DNA of 64,000 nt, from positions 2,784,001 to 2,848,000 of the forward strand of contig CAVXRD010000002.1 in NCBI GenBank assembly GCA_963764165.1. The letters are read 5' to 3'. Shown here piece after piece: positions 18,163 through 27,635 of this stretch. A model generated the notes under the pieces. That model searched no databases. It was not told the DNA's origin and was given only the letters and a program-made list of their open reading frames with translations. The first letter of the stretch is position 1; every line of letters starts with the position of its first letter. The stretch is from an uncultured Verrucomicrobiae bacterium. Lineage in GTDB: Bacteria > Verrucomicrobiota > Verrucomicrobiia > Limisphaerales > Palsa-1400. The position numbers were made by a program, and so were the translations under genes.

Positions 18163-20031
18163 TTACCGCGTCAGCATCAAGTAAAGCGCAAGAGCAATTC
18201 CCGCGGCCGTGAGCAGCGTGTAGGTCTGCAGCCGGCCCGATTGAAACAGGCGCAGCATGCGGCCTGTCCATTCGGTTGTGCCGTGCGCGAAGCGGACGAA
18301 AAATTGAATGAACTGATCCAGATAGTTGATGTACTGCGCTGGGAGGTCATGGCACAGCGCGACGATTTCCGCGTAAAGTTCGTCAAAATAGAATTTGTTC
18401 CGAAGCACTTTGCTCAGGCCGGGCAGATTATTGGCGATGGGATCGGTGGGCGCATTGCCGTAAATCGCGTAGGCGATCGCGATTCCGACGACAAATGCCA
18501 CCAGTCCCAAAACGGCCGGAATCGGCGCGTCCGTGAACGGCTTGACGATCGTGGAGAGCGCGAAGAATGGAATCGCTTTCGCCTCCGGTTCGAATTGTTG
18601 AGACAGGAATTGTTCGATGCCGATGAAACCACCGATCAGGGACAGGATCGACAAAGCCGTCAGCGGATACGCGATGAGCCGGGATTTTTTCGGATGCCGC
18701 TTTTCCGCGGCCACCGCGGTTCGCGGCTTTCCCCAGAAGACGACGAAGCACAGGCGGAACATATAAAATGTGGTCAGGAAGGCCGTGAACAAGCCCACGC
18801 CGAATAGAACTTTGTTATTCTCCCAAGCCGCCGTCAAAATTGCGTCCTTGCTGTAAAATCCGCTAAAGCCGGGAAATCCGCATAGAGCCAATGTTCCAAT
18901 AAGGAACACGCGGAAGGTTAGTGGAATTTTGTCGCGCAACTCGCCCATCGTCCAAATGTTTTGTTCGTGGTGCATGGCATGAATCACCGCACCGGAAGAA
19001 AGGAACAGGAGCGCCTTGAAGAACGCGTGCGTTGTCAAATGAAACATCGCCGCCGGGCGGGCGTCGAAGCCGACCGCCATGATCATGTAGCCCAATTGCG
19101 AAAGCGTCGAGTAAGCGAGGATGCGCTTGATGTCGTCCTGCTGAATCGCGATTAGCGCCGCCATCAGCGCCGTGATGCCGCCAATCCAGGAAATGATGTG
19201 CAGCGCGTGGGCCGAACCCGTCAAGACGAAGAATACCCGGCACAGCATATATACACCCGCCGCGACCATCGTCGCCGCGTGGATGAGGGCGCTGACCGGG
19301 GTCGGGCCTTCCATCGCGTCCGGCAGCCAGACGTGCAGCGGAAATTGGGCGGATTTTCCAACCGCTCCGCAGAAAACCAGAAGCGCCACGACAGTCCCGA
19401 TGCTGCCCAGCACATCTGGATTGTTCAGCACTTTTCCCTGCATGATTGCAAAATTCAGGGTGCCCGTCAGCGACCAAGCCATAATGATGCCGATCATGAA
19501 TCCAAAATCGCCGAGACGATTGCACAGAAAGGCTTTCTTGGCCGCATCCGCCGCCGCTGGCCGGGTGAACCAGAAACCAATCAGCAGATAGCTGGAGACG
19601 CCGACTAATTCCCAGAAGACGAACATCATGAAAAAGTTCGCGCTGACCACAATTCCCAGCATCGAAAACGTGAATAAACTCAGGCACGCGAAATATCTGG
19701 TGAATCCCGGGTCGCCCATCATGTACACAATGGAATACATGTGAATCAGGGAGCCAATGCCTGTGACGACGAGGAGCATGATCATCGTGAGCACATCGAA
19801 GTGCATCGAAAATCGGATTCTGAGCGCCCCAACTGTGCACCATTCCAGCGCGCCGTCCGGGTTGCCGCCCTCGAGAAATTCGGCCAGAAGGCAGCATGCC
19901 ACCACGAAAGACAGCAGAATCGCGCCGCAGGATATGATGCCCGCCAGACGATTGTCGCGGCGGAAGAAAAGCACAATTAGCAACGCTGAAGCCAGCGGCG
20001 CAAATAGCATGATCCATGGTAGAGGGTTCAT
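18163..20031 (-). CDS. nuoL: NADH-quinone oxidoreductase subunit L
   Basis: WELVGVSSYLLIGFW, GKSAQFPLHVWLPDAMEGPTPVSALIHAATMV, LAYSTLSQLGY. Confidence 0.96.
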   Translation of the reverse strand: MNPLPWIMLFAPLASALLIVLFFRRDNRLAGIISCGAILLSFVVACCLLAEFLEGGNPDGALEWCTVGALRIRFSMHFDVLTMIMLLVVTGIGSLIHMYSIVYMMGDPGFTRYFACLSLFTFSMLGIVVSANFFMMFVFWELVGVSSYLLIGFWFTRPAAADAAKKAFLCNRLGDFGFMIGIIMAWSLTGTLNFAIMQGKVLNNPDVLGSIGTVVALLVFCGAVGKSAQFPLHVWLPDAMEGPTPVSALIHAATMVAAGVYMLCRVFFVLTGSAHALHIISWIGGITALMAALIAIQQDDIKRILAYSTLSQLGYMIMAVGFDARPAAMFHLTTHAFFKALLFLSSGAVIHAMHHEQNIWTMGELRDKIPLTFRVFLIGTLALCGFPGFSGFYSKDAILTAAWENNKVLFGVGLFTAFLTTFYMFRLCFVVFWGKPRTAVAAEKRHPKKSRLIAYPLTALSILSLIGGFIGIEQFLSQQFEPEAKAIPFFALSTIVKPFTDAPIPAVLGLVAFVVGIAIAYAIYGNAPTDPIANNLPGLSKVLRNKFYFDELYAEIVALCHDLPAQYINYLDQFIQFFVRFAHGTTEWTGRMLRLFQSGRLQTYTLLTAAGIALALYLMLTR

Positions 20032-20032
20032 G

Positions 20033-20341
20033 TCAGTATTTCAGCGAGGACAAATCCTCCACATGCGTGGTGTGCCGGCGGCGGTAGAGCGCCACGATCA
20101 ATGCGAGGCCAACAGCGACTTCAGAAGCAGCCACGGTGATAATAAAAAAGACAATGATCTGCCCGTTCAGATTGTTGTTGAAACGCGAAAATGCGGTTAG
20201 CGCAAGGTTTGCCGCGTTCAGCATCAATTCCAATGACATGTAAATGACCAGCACATTTCTCCGCACAATCACCCCGAGCAGCCCGAGGCAAAACAGCAGG
20301 ACGCTGACAACCAAATAATGTTCCAATCCAATCGGCGTCAT
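20033..20341 (-). CDS. nuoK: NADH-quinone oxidoreductase subunit K
   Basis: RRNVLVIYMSLELMLNA, VAASEVAVGLA. Confidence 0.95.
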   Translation of the reverse strand: MTPIGLEHYLVVSVLLFCLGLLGVIVRRNVLVIYMSLELMLNAANLALTAFSRFNNNLNGQIIVFFIITVAASEVAVGLALIVALYRRRHTTHVEDLSSLKY

Positions 20342-20841
20342 CGGAGGTCCTTTTTGCTCAGGAGCACCGTGCCGATGACGGCGACAAGCAATATCAGCGA
20401 CACCAATTCAAAGGGCAGCGCGTATTGCGTAAAAAGATTTTTCCCCAACGCGACCGTTGAGCCTTCCACATTGGCCGTGGGCAAATTGACTCCGAAATTC
20501 GCGCCGTGAATTGCCGTCACGGCCAAATACGCAATGGCCCCAACAGCCACCAACGCCAAAACCGCAACCGCTGAATTAATCTTGCGCCGCTCCTCTTCCT
20601 TGAGATCCAGCAGCATGATGACGAAAAGGAACAGCACCATCACCGCGCCCGCGTAAACGAGGATTTGCACCGCCGCCAGGAAGAACGCGTGCAGCAGGAC
20701 AAACAGCCCCGCCATGAAAACAATGGTCAGCACGAGAAACATCGCGCTGGTGATCGGGTTGCGGGTAAATGGATTCGCAATCACCAGCACCCCGCAAAGC
20801 AGGGTCAGCGCCGCAAAAAGATAGAAGAAAAACGGCTCCAT
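20338..20841 (-). CDS. nuoJ: NADH-quinone oxidoreductase subunit J
   Basis: QILVYAGAVMVLFLFVIMLL, PFELVSLILLVA. Confidence 0.95.
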   Translation of the reverse strand: MEPFFFYLFAALTLLCGVLVIANPFTRNPITSAMFLVLTIVFMAGLFVLLHAFFLAAVQILVYAGAVMVLFLFVIMLLDLKEEERRKINSAVAVLALVAVGAIAYLAVTAIHGANFGVNLPTANVEGSTVALGKNLFTQYALPFELVSLILLVAVIGTVLLSKKDLR

Positions 20842-21342
20842 CTACTTGTGCTTCCACTTCCAGACTTGGTCGTTGTGGACGCCTCCCATCGCGAGAAGTT
20901 TATCCTTGTCGTAAACCATTTCCTCGCGGGTCAGGCCCGTCAGCGAATAATCCTTCAGCAGAAAAATCGCTTCCTCCGGGCAAACCTCCTGGCAGAAGCC
21001 GCAAAAGATGCAGCGCAGCATGTCGATTTTGAATTGCTTGGGCGCCTTTTCCACATTCCCCGCTTCCGGCGAGCCTTGCGGGCCCGGGGGCGTGATTCGA
21101 ATGGCCTTGGGTGGGCAGATAAATTCACAAAGCTGGCACGAGACGCATTTGGTGCGGCCCTCGGGATCCTTCACGAGATAGGGCGCGCCGCGATAGCCTT
21201 CCGGCACCTTCCACTTCTCCTCCGGATATTGCATCGTGACCTTCTTCTGGAAGAAGTGCCGCACAGTCACGCGCAAGCCCGCAAGCACGGCTGGAAAATA
21301 CAGCCGTTCCCAAAGACTCATTTTTGTTCTTTTGACAATCAT
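20842..21342 (-). CDS. nuoI: NADH-quinone oxidoreductase subunit I
   Basis: CVSCQLCEFICP and CIFCGFCQEVCP 4Fe-4S motifs. Confidence 0.95.
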   Translation of the reverse strand: MIVKRTKMSLWERLYFPAVLAGLRVTVRHFFQKKVTMQYPEEKWKVPEGYRGAPYLVKDPEGRTKCVSCQLCEFICPPKAIRITPPGPQGSPEAGNVEKAPKQFKIDMLRCIFCGFCQEVCPEEAIFLLKDYSLTGLTREEMVYDKDKLLAMGGVHNDQVWKWKHK

Positions 21343-21354
21343 CTTGCAAACCTG

Positions 21355-22401
21355 TCAGTGCTTGTGCATTTCCCACAAGCACAACGCCAGTACCGTGGCT
21401 GCGATATTGACGAGCGCCAGCGGCAGAAACCGCCGCCAGCCCAAATCCATCAATTGATCATACCGGAAGCGCGGCCACATCCAGCGCACCCAGATAAACG
21501 CGAACATCAGCGCCCCCACTTTCGCCATGAAGATGACGATATGGACAATGCCCATTAAAATCGTATTTGCCGGCATGCTCACTCCCGGCAGCGTCCAACC
21601 GCCCAGGAACAATGTCACCATCATGGCCGAGGCGGCGATCATGTTGGCGTACTCTCCCATGAAGAAAAGCGCGAATTTCATCGAGCTGTATTCCGTGTGA
21701 TAGCCGCCGACCAGTTCCTGCTCGGATTCCGGCAAATCGAACGGCAGCCGGTTTGTCTCCGCGAAAGCCGAGATGACAAAGATAACAAACGAGATCGGCG
21801 CGAAAATTATCAGCCAGCAGTGATGCGCCTGAAATTCAATGATGTGGCTTAGATTCAAATCGCCCACGATCAGAAACACGGGAATGACGGACATCCCCAT
21901 CGCAATTTCGTAGGAAATCATCTGCGCGCTGGAGCGGATGCCGCCAAGGAACGAATATTTGTTATTGGAAGCGTAACCCGCGAGGACAATTCCATACACG
22001 CCGAGTGAAATGATGCCGAAGGTGTAAAGAATGCCCACGTCCAGATTGGCGATGACCATTTGATAGCCGCCAAGCTGCGATCCAAACGGAATCACCGCCA
22101 GCACCACCAGCGCCGGAATCATGGTCACCATCGGAGCCAGCCAGAAGTATATTTTGTGAACATGCGCCGGAACGAAATCCTCTTTCAGAAATGTTTTCAC
22201 ACCGTCCGCGAGCGGTTGCAAAAATCCGAAGAACCCGACGCGATTTGGCCCGATGCGGTCCTGAATCATTGCCGACACTTTGCGTTCCGCCAGCACCGAG
22301 TAGGCGACGGCAGGCATCACGACGGCAAAGACGCAGAGTACCTTGATCGCGCTGACGATCAGGAATTTCTCGGTCTCTGTTAGATGGTTGAACCAAGTCA
22401 T
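21355..22401 (-). CDS. nuoH: NADH-quinone oxidoreductase subunit H
   Basis: ERKVSAMIQDRIGPN, QPLADGVK, ETNRLPFDLPE, PRFRYDQLM. Confidence 0.96.
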   Translation of the reverse strand: MTWFNHLTETEKFLIVSAIKVLCVFAVVMPAVAYSVLAERKVSAMIQDRIGPNRVGFFGFLQPLADGVKTFLKEDFVPAHVHKIYFWLAPMVTMIPALVVLAVIPFGSQLGGYQMVIANLDVGILYTFGIISLGVYGIVLAGYASNNKYSFLGGIRSSAQMISYEIAMGMSVIPVFLIVGDLNLSHIIEFQAHHCWLIIFAPISFVIFVISAFAETNRLPFDLPESEQELVGGYHTEYSSMKFALFFMGEYANMIAASAMMVTLFLGGWTLPGVSMPANTILMGIVHIVIFMAKVGALMFAFIWVRWMWPRFRYDQLMDLGWRRFLPLALVNIAATVLALCLWEMHKH

Positions 22402-22415
22402 GTCGCTTTCAAAAA

Positions 22416-24155
22416 TTAGATCGTCACCGTGACACCCAAGTCACCCAGCCCGGCCCAGGTGACGCCGGCAAAGGCGGGCACTTCCGCCGCCATTTGATTA
22501 AACAATCCTTCGATGCTGGAAAAGCCATTTGATCCCGCAACGTTCCGGGTCAGCTCTTGCAGAACTTCCCACTCCGGCCGCGAATCGCCCTTGGGCTGGA
22601 TGTTCTGGAAGAAACGCTGCACCCGCCCTTTGGTGTTGACGAAGCTGCCGCGCTTTTCCGCGTGGGCGCAACCGGGCAGCAAGTAATGCGCGCGGGCCGT
22701 TGTTTTGTTCGGCAGAATATCACTGACAATCAAAGTGTCTAATTTCGCCAGCAAATCTTCGCCAATGCCAACCTTTGTGACATCCTCGCCGAAGACGATC
22801 AACGTCTTGATTTTTCCTTCCGCGATTCCGGCGGCGATTTTCGCCAGATTGGATCCGATGGGCTGCGCCGCAATCCCGATCAAGCGCGAGCCAGTCGCGT
22901 TCGGATTGCGATCAGCATTGAGCAGAAGCTTGTCGGCTTCGCCTGTGCGCGGAACGGAGTCGGTGATGGCTTCGAGTTTTGCCGCAATTTTCTTGAGCAA
23001 ATAAAGTTCTTCGTTCGTTTGGCGAGCGGAGGCGACGATGGCGGTCGTTCCCGGTTTCGTGGCCGCCAAAGTTTCCGTGATGGTGGCGAGCGTTCTCACC
23101 CACGTGGCTTTGCCGCCCGCCGCGTCCACTTTCGATCCTTGGATGAGAATCAGGCGTTCCGGGCTGTTGATCCACTTGTAATTCAGGCGGCCGTAATCGC
23201 ACATCCAGCAGGAATTGACGGCGGCGTTTTCGCGGGGCTCGTAGCGATACACCTTGTCCTCGCGCGAGCCGATGACAATGTTGCATCCGGTGGCGCAGCT
23301 TGTGCAGACGCTCTTGCTCTCCTTGAGGAACCACACGCGCATCTGGAAACGGAAATCGCGCGACGTCAGCGCGCCGACCGGGCAGAGGTCGACCGTGTTG
23401 AGCGTGTAGTTGTTGTCAAATTTCTTCCAGGGATAACGCGTCAAGGTGCTGAGGCTGCCGCGCTCGGAAAAACCGAGGGCATCGTCACCCGCGATGTCGC
23501 GCGAGAAACGAATGCAGCGCGAACAGAGAATGCAGCGTTCGTCGTCAAGAACAACGCGCGGCCCGAGATCGACTTGCTTGGGTTTGTGAACTTTTTCTTC
23601 GACAAAGCGGCTGGCCGATTTTCCATAGTCAACCGAATATTCCTGCAGTTTGCATTCACCGGCCTGATCGCAAATGGGACAATCGAGCGGGTGATTGATA
23701 AGAAGCGATTCCAAAACCGCCTCGCGCATCTGCTTGGTGGCAGGCGAGGACGGGTAAATTTCCATGCCCGGCGAAATCGGCGTGGCGCAGGCGATGGCGC
23801 CGCGCGGCGTGCCGGGTTCGTAAGGCAGAACGGAACGGGCAATTTTCGGCGTGCCGTCGGGATTGAGCACCGGCTTGCGATCCGGCCCGACCATCGGCGT
23901 GCCGAACTCGACGAGGCACATGCGGCAATTTCCCGCGACGGGCAATTTCGGATGATAGCAATAATGCGGAACTTCAACGCCAGCCAGGGCGCACGCTTGC
24001 AGCATCGTGGTGGCGGCGGTCTTGCCATTCCAATCCGGCATCGTCTTCGGCACATCGATTTCGCGGCCATCGACTTTGACCTTGATGGTCTCCACCGGCG
24101 GCGGCGCTGCTGGCGCTGGCGCTTGTTTGGTTTCAGTTGTCGTTTCGTTCGGCAT
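22416..24155 (-). CDS. nuoG: NADH-quinone oxidoreductase subunit G
   Basis: PHYCYHPKL..AGNCRMCLVE, HPLDCPICDQAGECKLQ, RCILCSRC, CPVGALT. Confidence 0.95.
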   Translation of the reverse strand: MPNETTTETKQAPAPAAPPPVETIKVKVDGREIDVPKTMPDWNGKTAATTMLQACALAGVEVPHYCYHPKLPVAGNCRMCLVEFGTPMVGPDRKPVLNPDGTPKIARSVLPYEPGTPRGAIACATPISPGMEIYPSSPATKQMREAVLESLLINHPLDCPICDQAGECKLQEYSVDYGKSASRFVEEKVHKPKQVDLGPRVVLDDERCILCSRCIRFSRDIAGDDALGFSERGSLSTLTRYPWKKFDNNYTLNTVDLCPVGALTSRDFRFQMRVWFLKESKSVCTSCATGCNIVIGSREDKVYRYEPRENAAVNSCWMCDYGRLNYKWINSPERLILIQGSKVDAAGGKATWVRTLATITETLAATKPGTTAIVASARQTNEELYLLKKIAAKLEAITDSVPRTGEADKLLLNADRNPNATGSRLIGIAAQPIGSNLAKIAAGIAEGKIKTLIVFGEDVTKVGIGEDLLAKLDTLIVSDILPNKTTARAHYLLPGCAHAEKRGSFVNTKGRVQRFFQNIQPKGDSRPEWEVLQELTRNVAGSNGFSSIEGLFNQMAAEVPAFAGVTWAGLGDLGVTVTI

Positions 24156-24157
24156 AC

Positions 24158-24871
24158 TCAGGAATTGGCCAATTTTTTGACGAAAGCCTTGTGTCCCGCG
24201 CTTTTTAGTCCTTGATTAAGTGTGCGAAAAACATCGGCCCGGTTTTTCCCTGCCAAAAGCGCCCGAGCATTCAACCACAAGCCAGGAAAAACTTTGCTGC
24301 AAATAGCAGAGTCACGTTGACGCGAAACTAACGGGACATATTCTCCATCTTCCAACGAAAACCAATGCAGGCGGGCGTCCATCACTTCCCAAACGATGTA
24401 TTCTTGAACTAGATTTCGCTGATACACCGCTTTCTTTTCGTGCAAGTCGTAGGCGTGAGTGCTCAACGCAACTTCTGCCACGAGTTCGGGGCGGCCTTCG
24501 AGGAGTCCGCTTGATCCGGCTTTCATCCGAGCCAACGAACCCGTCTCGATCCAGAGCACGACATCTGGCTGATATTCGTTTTTTCCGTCCAGCCGCACCG
24601 AGACGTTTCCTGCGCACGCCGTGTGAGGTGTTGCATCTGCATAATCCCCAAGAAGCCGCTCAAGCAGGTTGGTGGATTTTCCATGATCGGCACTGATGGG
24701 TGGCGACATAACGACAACTCCCTCTATCAACTCCGCCTTTCGGTCGTCCTGCATGACTTCGTAGCGGCGTTCGAATTCCGGCACGCTCAAGTGATCTCCA
24801 TTCAACAAAAGCGGGATGGCCGAACGTTGCGCCGTTCGGATCCGATTTTGACTTTGTGAGGAGGCTCTCAC
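24158..24871 (-). CDS. Uma2 family (PD-(D/E)xK) endonuclease, copy 2
   Basis: LLNGDHLSVPEFERRY, KAELIEGVV, YQPDV, PELVAEVA, DLHEKKAVY, FPGLWL; GTG start overlaps the upstream TGA. Confidence 0.9.
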   Translation of the reverse strand: MRASSQSQNRIRTAQRSAIPLLLNGDHLSVPEFERRYEVMQDDRKAELIEGVVVMSPPISADHGKSTNLLERLLGDYADATPHTACAGNVSVRLDGKNEYQPDVVLWIETGSLARMKAGSSGLLEGRPELVAEVALSTHAYDLHEKKAVYQRNLVQEYIVWEVMDARLHWFSLEDGEYVPLVSRQRDSAICSKVFPGLWLNARALLAGKNRADVFRTLNQGLKSAGHKAFVKKLANS

Positions 24872-25578
24872 GAAATTTTATGCACAAAGGCTTTGTGTTC
24901 CGCGCTCTTCAGGCCGCGATCAAGCGTCCGGCGCACTTCACCGGAGGAACCTTGCCCCCTCAGGAGAGCCGCGGTATCGATCCACAAGCCAGGGAAAGCT
25001 TTACTGCAAATGATCGAACCCCGGCGGCGGGGGGGCAGCGAAACATATTCTCCGTCCTCGAGGGAAAACCAATGCAGCCGTGCGTCCATTACCTCCCAGA
25101 CGATGTATTCAGGAATTTGATTCCGTTGATAGACGGCCTTCTTCTCGTGCAAATCGTAAGCATGACTGCTCAGTGCAATTTCCGCCACGAGTCCCGGCCG
25201 GCCTTCCAAAATTCCATCTGATGCAGTCTTAGTTTGAGCAAAGCTGCCTTTCGCAATGCGAAGCATCAAATCCGGTTGATACTCGTTTCTTCCATCCAAA
25301 CGCAAAGATGGATTTATAGAATAAATAACGTTTGGAGTCGCCCATGCATAATGGCTGAAAAGTGATCCTAGCGAACCGTCGGAATCTGCGTGTTCAATGC
25401 TGATTGGTGGCGACATAACGACAACTCCCTCTATTAGTTCCGCTTTGCCGTCACCTTCCATGACTTCATAGCGGCGCTCGAATTCCGGGACGCTAAGATG
25501 ATCCCCGTTCAACAAAAGCGGGATTGCCGGGCGCTGTGGCGTCCGGTTCCGATTTTGATTTGGAAAAGAAGCTCTCAC
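24868..25578 (-). CDS. Uma2 family (PD-(D/E)xK) endonuclease, copy 1
   Basis: Same motifs; GTG at 25578 overlaps the nuoF TGA (GTGA), matching the N-terminus of copy 2. Confidence 0.9.
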   Translation of the reverse strand: MRASFPNQNRNRTPQRPAIPLLLNGDHLSVPEFERRYEVMEGDGKAELIEGVVVMSPPISIEHADSDGSLGSLFSHYAWATPNVIYSINPSLRLDGRNEYQPDLMLRIAKGSFAQTKTASDGILEGRPGLVAEIALSSHAYDLHEKKAVYQRNQIPEYIVWEVMDARLHWFSLEDGEYVSLPPRRRGSIICSKAFPGLWIDTAALLRGQGSSGEVRRTLDRGLKSAEHKAFVHKIS

Positions 25579-27008
25579 GGATTTGGGCTTGGGCTGGCCG
25601 CGATTTTCATGCTGTTCGAGGGGCCGGCTGAGGCGTTCTTCGCTTCGTCGGCTGCGCCGCGGGCTTCGAATTCGTCTTTGAATTTGTTGACGAAACTCAG
25701 CACCGGCCAGGCGCAGGCTTCGCCAAAGGCGCAGATGGTGCGGCCTTGAATATTTTGCGCGGTGTTGAGGACGTAATTGGCGTCCTGCTTGCGTCCGTGT
25801 CCGTGGGTCATTCGGTGCAATGCTTTGGACAGCCACAGCGAACCCTCGCGGCACGGCGTGCATTGGCCGCAGCTTTCGTGCGCGTAGAATTCCGAAAGAT
25901 TCGCCAGCGCGGCCACGATGTCCGTGGTGTCGTCCATCACGATAATCGCGCCAGAGCCTGACATGCTGCCCGCCTGCTGCAGCGAATCAAAATCATACGG
26001 CAAATCCAGCATGTCGACGTCCACCGTGGTCGGCTGGCCGTCGGGGCCTTTGCGTTTCATTTTGAATTTTTCGCCCGCCTTGAAAACCTTCGCTGATGAA
26101 CCGCCGGGGATGACGGCTTTCAACGTGCGCCCGTCGCGCAATCCGCCCCCGAAATTCTCATGGAAAATCATTTCACCGAGTGTCGCCTTGCCGACCTCAA
26201 CTTCGTAATACCCAGGCTTCTTGACGTGGCCGCTGACGCTGACGATGCGCGTGCCCGTGTTGTTGGGCGTGCCGAGCTTGGCGTAATTTGCGCCGCCCAT
26301 CAGCATGATGTGTTTGACAGTCGCGAGCGTCTCGACGTTGTTGACAATTGTCGGGCACTGGTAAAGCCCGAGCACAGCAGGAAAGTATGGTGGCTTGATG
26401 CGCGGATAGGCGCGCTTGCCTTCCAGCGATTCAATCAATCCCGTTTCCTCGCCGCAAATGTAAGCGCCGGCGCCGCGATGGACGTGAATTTCGAGATCGA
26501 AGCCGCTGCCCAGAATGTTTTTCCCGAGGAAATTGGCCTTGCGCGCTTCGGCGAGGGCCCGATTGAGAATTTTCGCCCCGCCCGTCATTTCGCCGCGAAT
26601 GTAAATGTAGGCGAGGTGAACATCGTTGGCGAAGCACGAGATGATCATGCCTTCGATCAATTGATGCGGATCTTTGTAAATGATCTGGCGGTCCTTAAAC
26701 GTGCCGGGCTCGGATTCATCCGCGTTGCAAATGAGGTAAATCGGCTTGTTGCTGCGGCGGTCGACGAACGACCATTTCAATCCGCACGAAAAACCCGCGC
26801 CGCCGCGCCCGCGCAAGCCGGAGATTTTCACCTCTTCGCGGATTTGCTCCTGGGCGGTCATTTTTTTGCCGTCCGGCAAGTCCTTCGCGGGCATGGCGAG
26901 AGCTTTTTTCAAAGCCTCGTAGCCACCATTGCGCAGGTAGCAATCCATGTCCGGCGTGTAACCGGGCTGGTCAGCGAATTTTAAAATTAGCCTATATTCC
27001 TGCGGCAT
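25575..27008 (-). CDS. nuoF: NADH-quinone oxidoreductase subunit F
   Basis: GLRGRGGAGF, NADESEPGTFKDR, GAGAYICGEETGL, ESCGQCTPCREG. Confidence 0.96.
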   Translation of the reverse strand: MPQEYRLILKFADQPGYTPDMDCYLRNGGYEALKKALAMPAKDLPDGKKMTAQEQIREEVKISGLRGRGGAGFSCGLKWSFVDRRSNKPIYLICNADESEPGTFKDRQIIYKDPHQLIEGMIISCFANDVHLAYIYIRGEMTGGAKILNRALAEARKANFLGKNILGSGFDLEIHVHRGAGAYICGEETGLIESLEGKRAYPRIKPPYFPAVLGLYQCPTIVNNVETLATVKHIMLMGGANYAKLGTPNNTGTRIVSVSGHVKKPGYYEVEVGKATLGEMIFHENFGGGLRDGRTLKAVIPGGSSAKVFKAGEKFKMKRKGPDGQPTTVDVDMLDLPYDFDSLQQAGSMSGSGAIIVMDDTTDIVAALANLSEFYAHESCGQCTPCREGSLWLSKALHRMTHGHGRKQDANYVLNTAQNIQGRTICAFGEACAWPVLSFVNKFKDEFEARGAADEAKNASAGPSNSMKIAASPSPNP

Positions 27009-27011
27009 ATC

Positions 27012-27039
27012 TTGACTCCACTCAAAAACCGATTAAAGT
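27012..27039 (+). promoter_or_regulatory. Putative sigma70 promoter of tRNA-Gln
   Basis: TTGACT-N16-TAAAGT followed by GC-rich CACCCCGCGC just upstream of the tRNA. Confidence 0.55.
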
Positions 27040-27053
27040 TCACCCCGCGCTTT

Positions 27054-27127
27054 TGCCCGATGGTGTAACGGTAGCACAGCAGACTCTGAATCTGCTTGTC
27101 ATGGTTCAAATCCATGTCGGGCAGCCA
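27054..27127 (+). tRNA. tRNA-Gln(CTG)
   Basis: Acceptor stem TGCCCGA/TCGGGCA, D stem GTG/CAC, anticodon arm GCAGA-CTCTGAA-TCTGC, T arm CATGG-TTCAAAT-CCATG, encoded CCA. Confidence 0.96.
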
Positions 27128-27137
27128 ACTTCATTGT

Positions 27138-27623
27138 TCACTTGAAATTCGCCACGAGTTCATCCGCCTTTTTGGTCGTGACGGCTTCGTAAAAATCGTC
27201 GTTGATCATCATGACCGGGGCGGTTCCGCAACCGGCCAGGCATTCGACAAATTCGACCGAGTATTTGCCGTCCGGCGTCGTTTGCACGCCGTGCGCCTTT
27301 TCGTCCAAACCAAGCTTGCGGCAGAGGTGCGCGCGCAATTCGGCGCTGCCACCCAGCGCGCAGCTCAACGTGCGGCAAACTTTGATCTGGCAATCGCCCG
27401 CCTTTTCCCGGCGGAACATCGGATAAAATGTGACCAATTCGTAAATGTTTATTGGCTCCAAACCGAGCTTCTTCGCGGTCCATTCCATCGCTTCCGGCGA
27501 AATGAAACCGAAATGCTCCTGGAGCGCGTGCAGATACATTAACGAGGCGCTGCGCTTCTGCGGATAATGCGTCGTTATCTCGTCGAGATCTGTTTCAAGT
27601 TGTGCGGGCACGGTAAAAGCCAT
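27138..27623 (-). CDS. nuoE: NADH-quinone oxidoreductase subunit E
   Basis: VTFYPMF, VCRTLSCAL, VECLAGCGTAP. Confidence 0.95.
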   Translation of the reverse strand: MAFTVPAQLETDLDEITTHYPQKRSASLMYLHALQEHFGFISPEAMEWTAKKLGLEPINIYELVTFYPMFRREKAGDCQIKVCRTLSCALGGSAELRAHLCRKLGLDEKAHGVQTTPDGKYSVEFVECLAGCGTAPVMMINDDFYEAVTTKKADELVANFK

Positions 27624-27635
27624 GTTCGTTCTCCT

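Noticed and set aside
24868..25863. 331-aa version of the Uma2 ORF, and similar N-terminal extensions of gfo, folB, tricorn, thrC, PSD1 and DUF885
   Set aside because: The extensions overlap upstream genes or REP/MITE DNA; downstream starts fit signal peptides, paralogue alignment or stop/start overlaps
27054..27127. tRNA-Gln as the attachment site of an integrated element carrying the Uma2 genes
   Set aside because: No duplicated tRNA 3' end or integrase was noticed, and nuoF lies between the tRNA and the Uma2 genes
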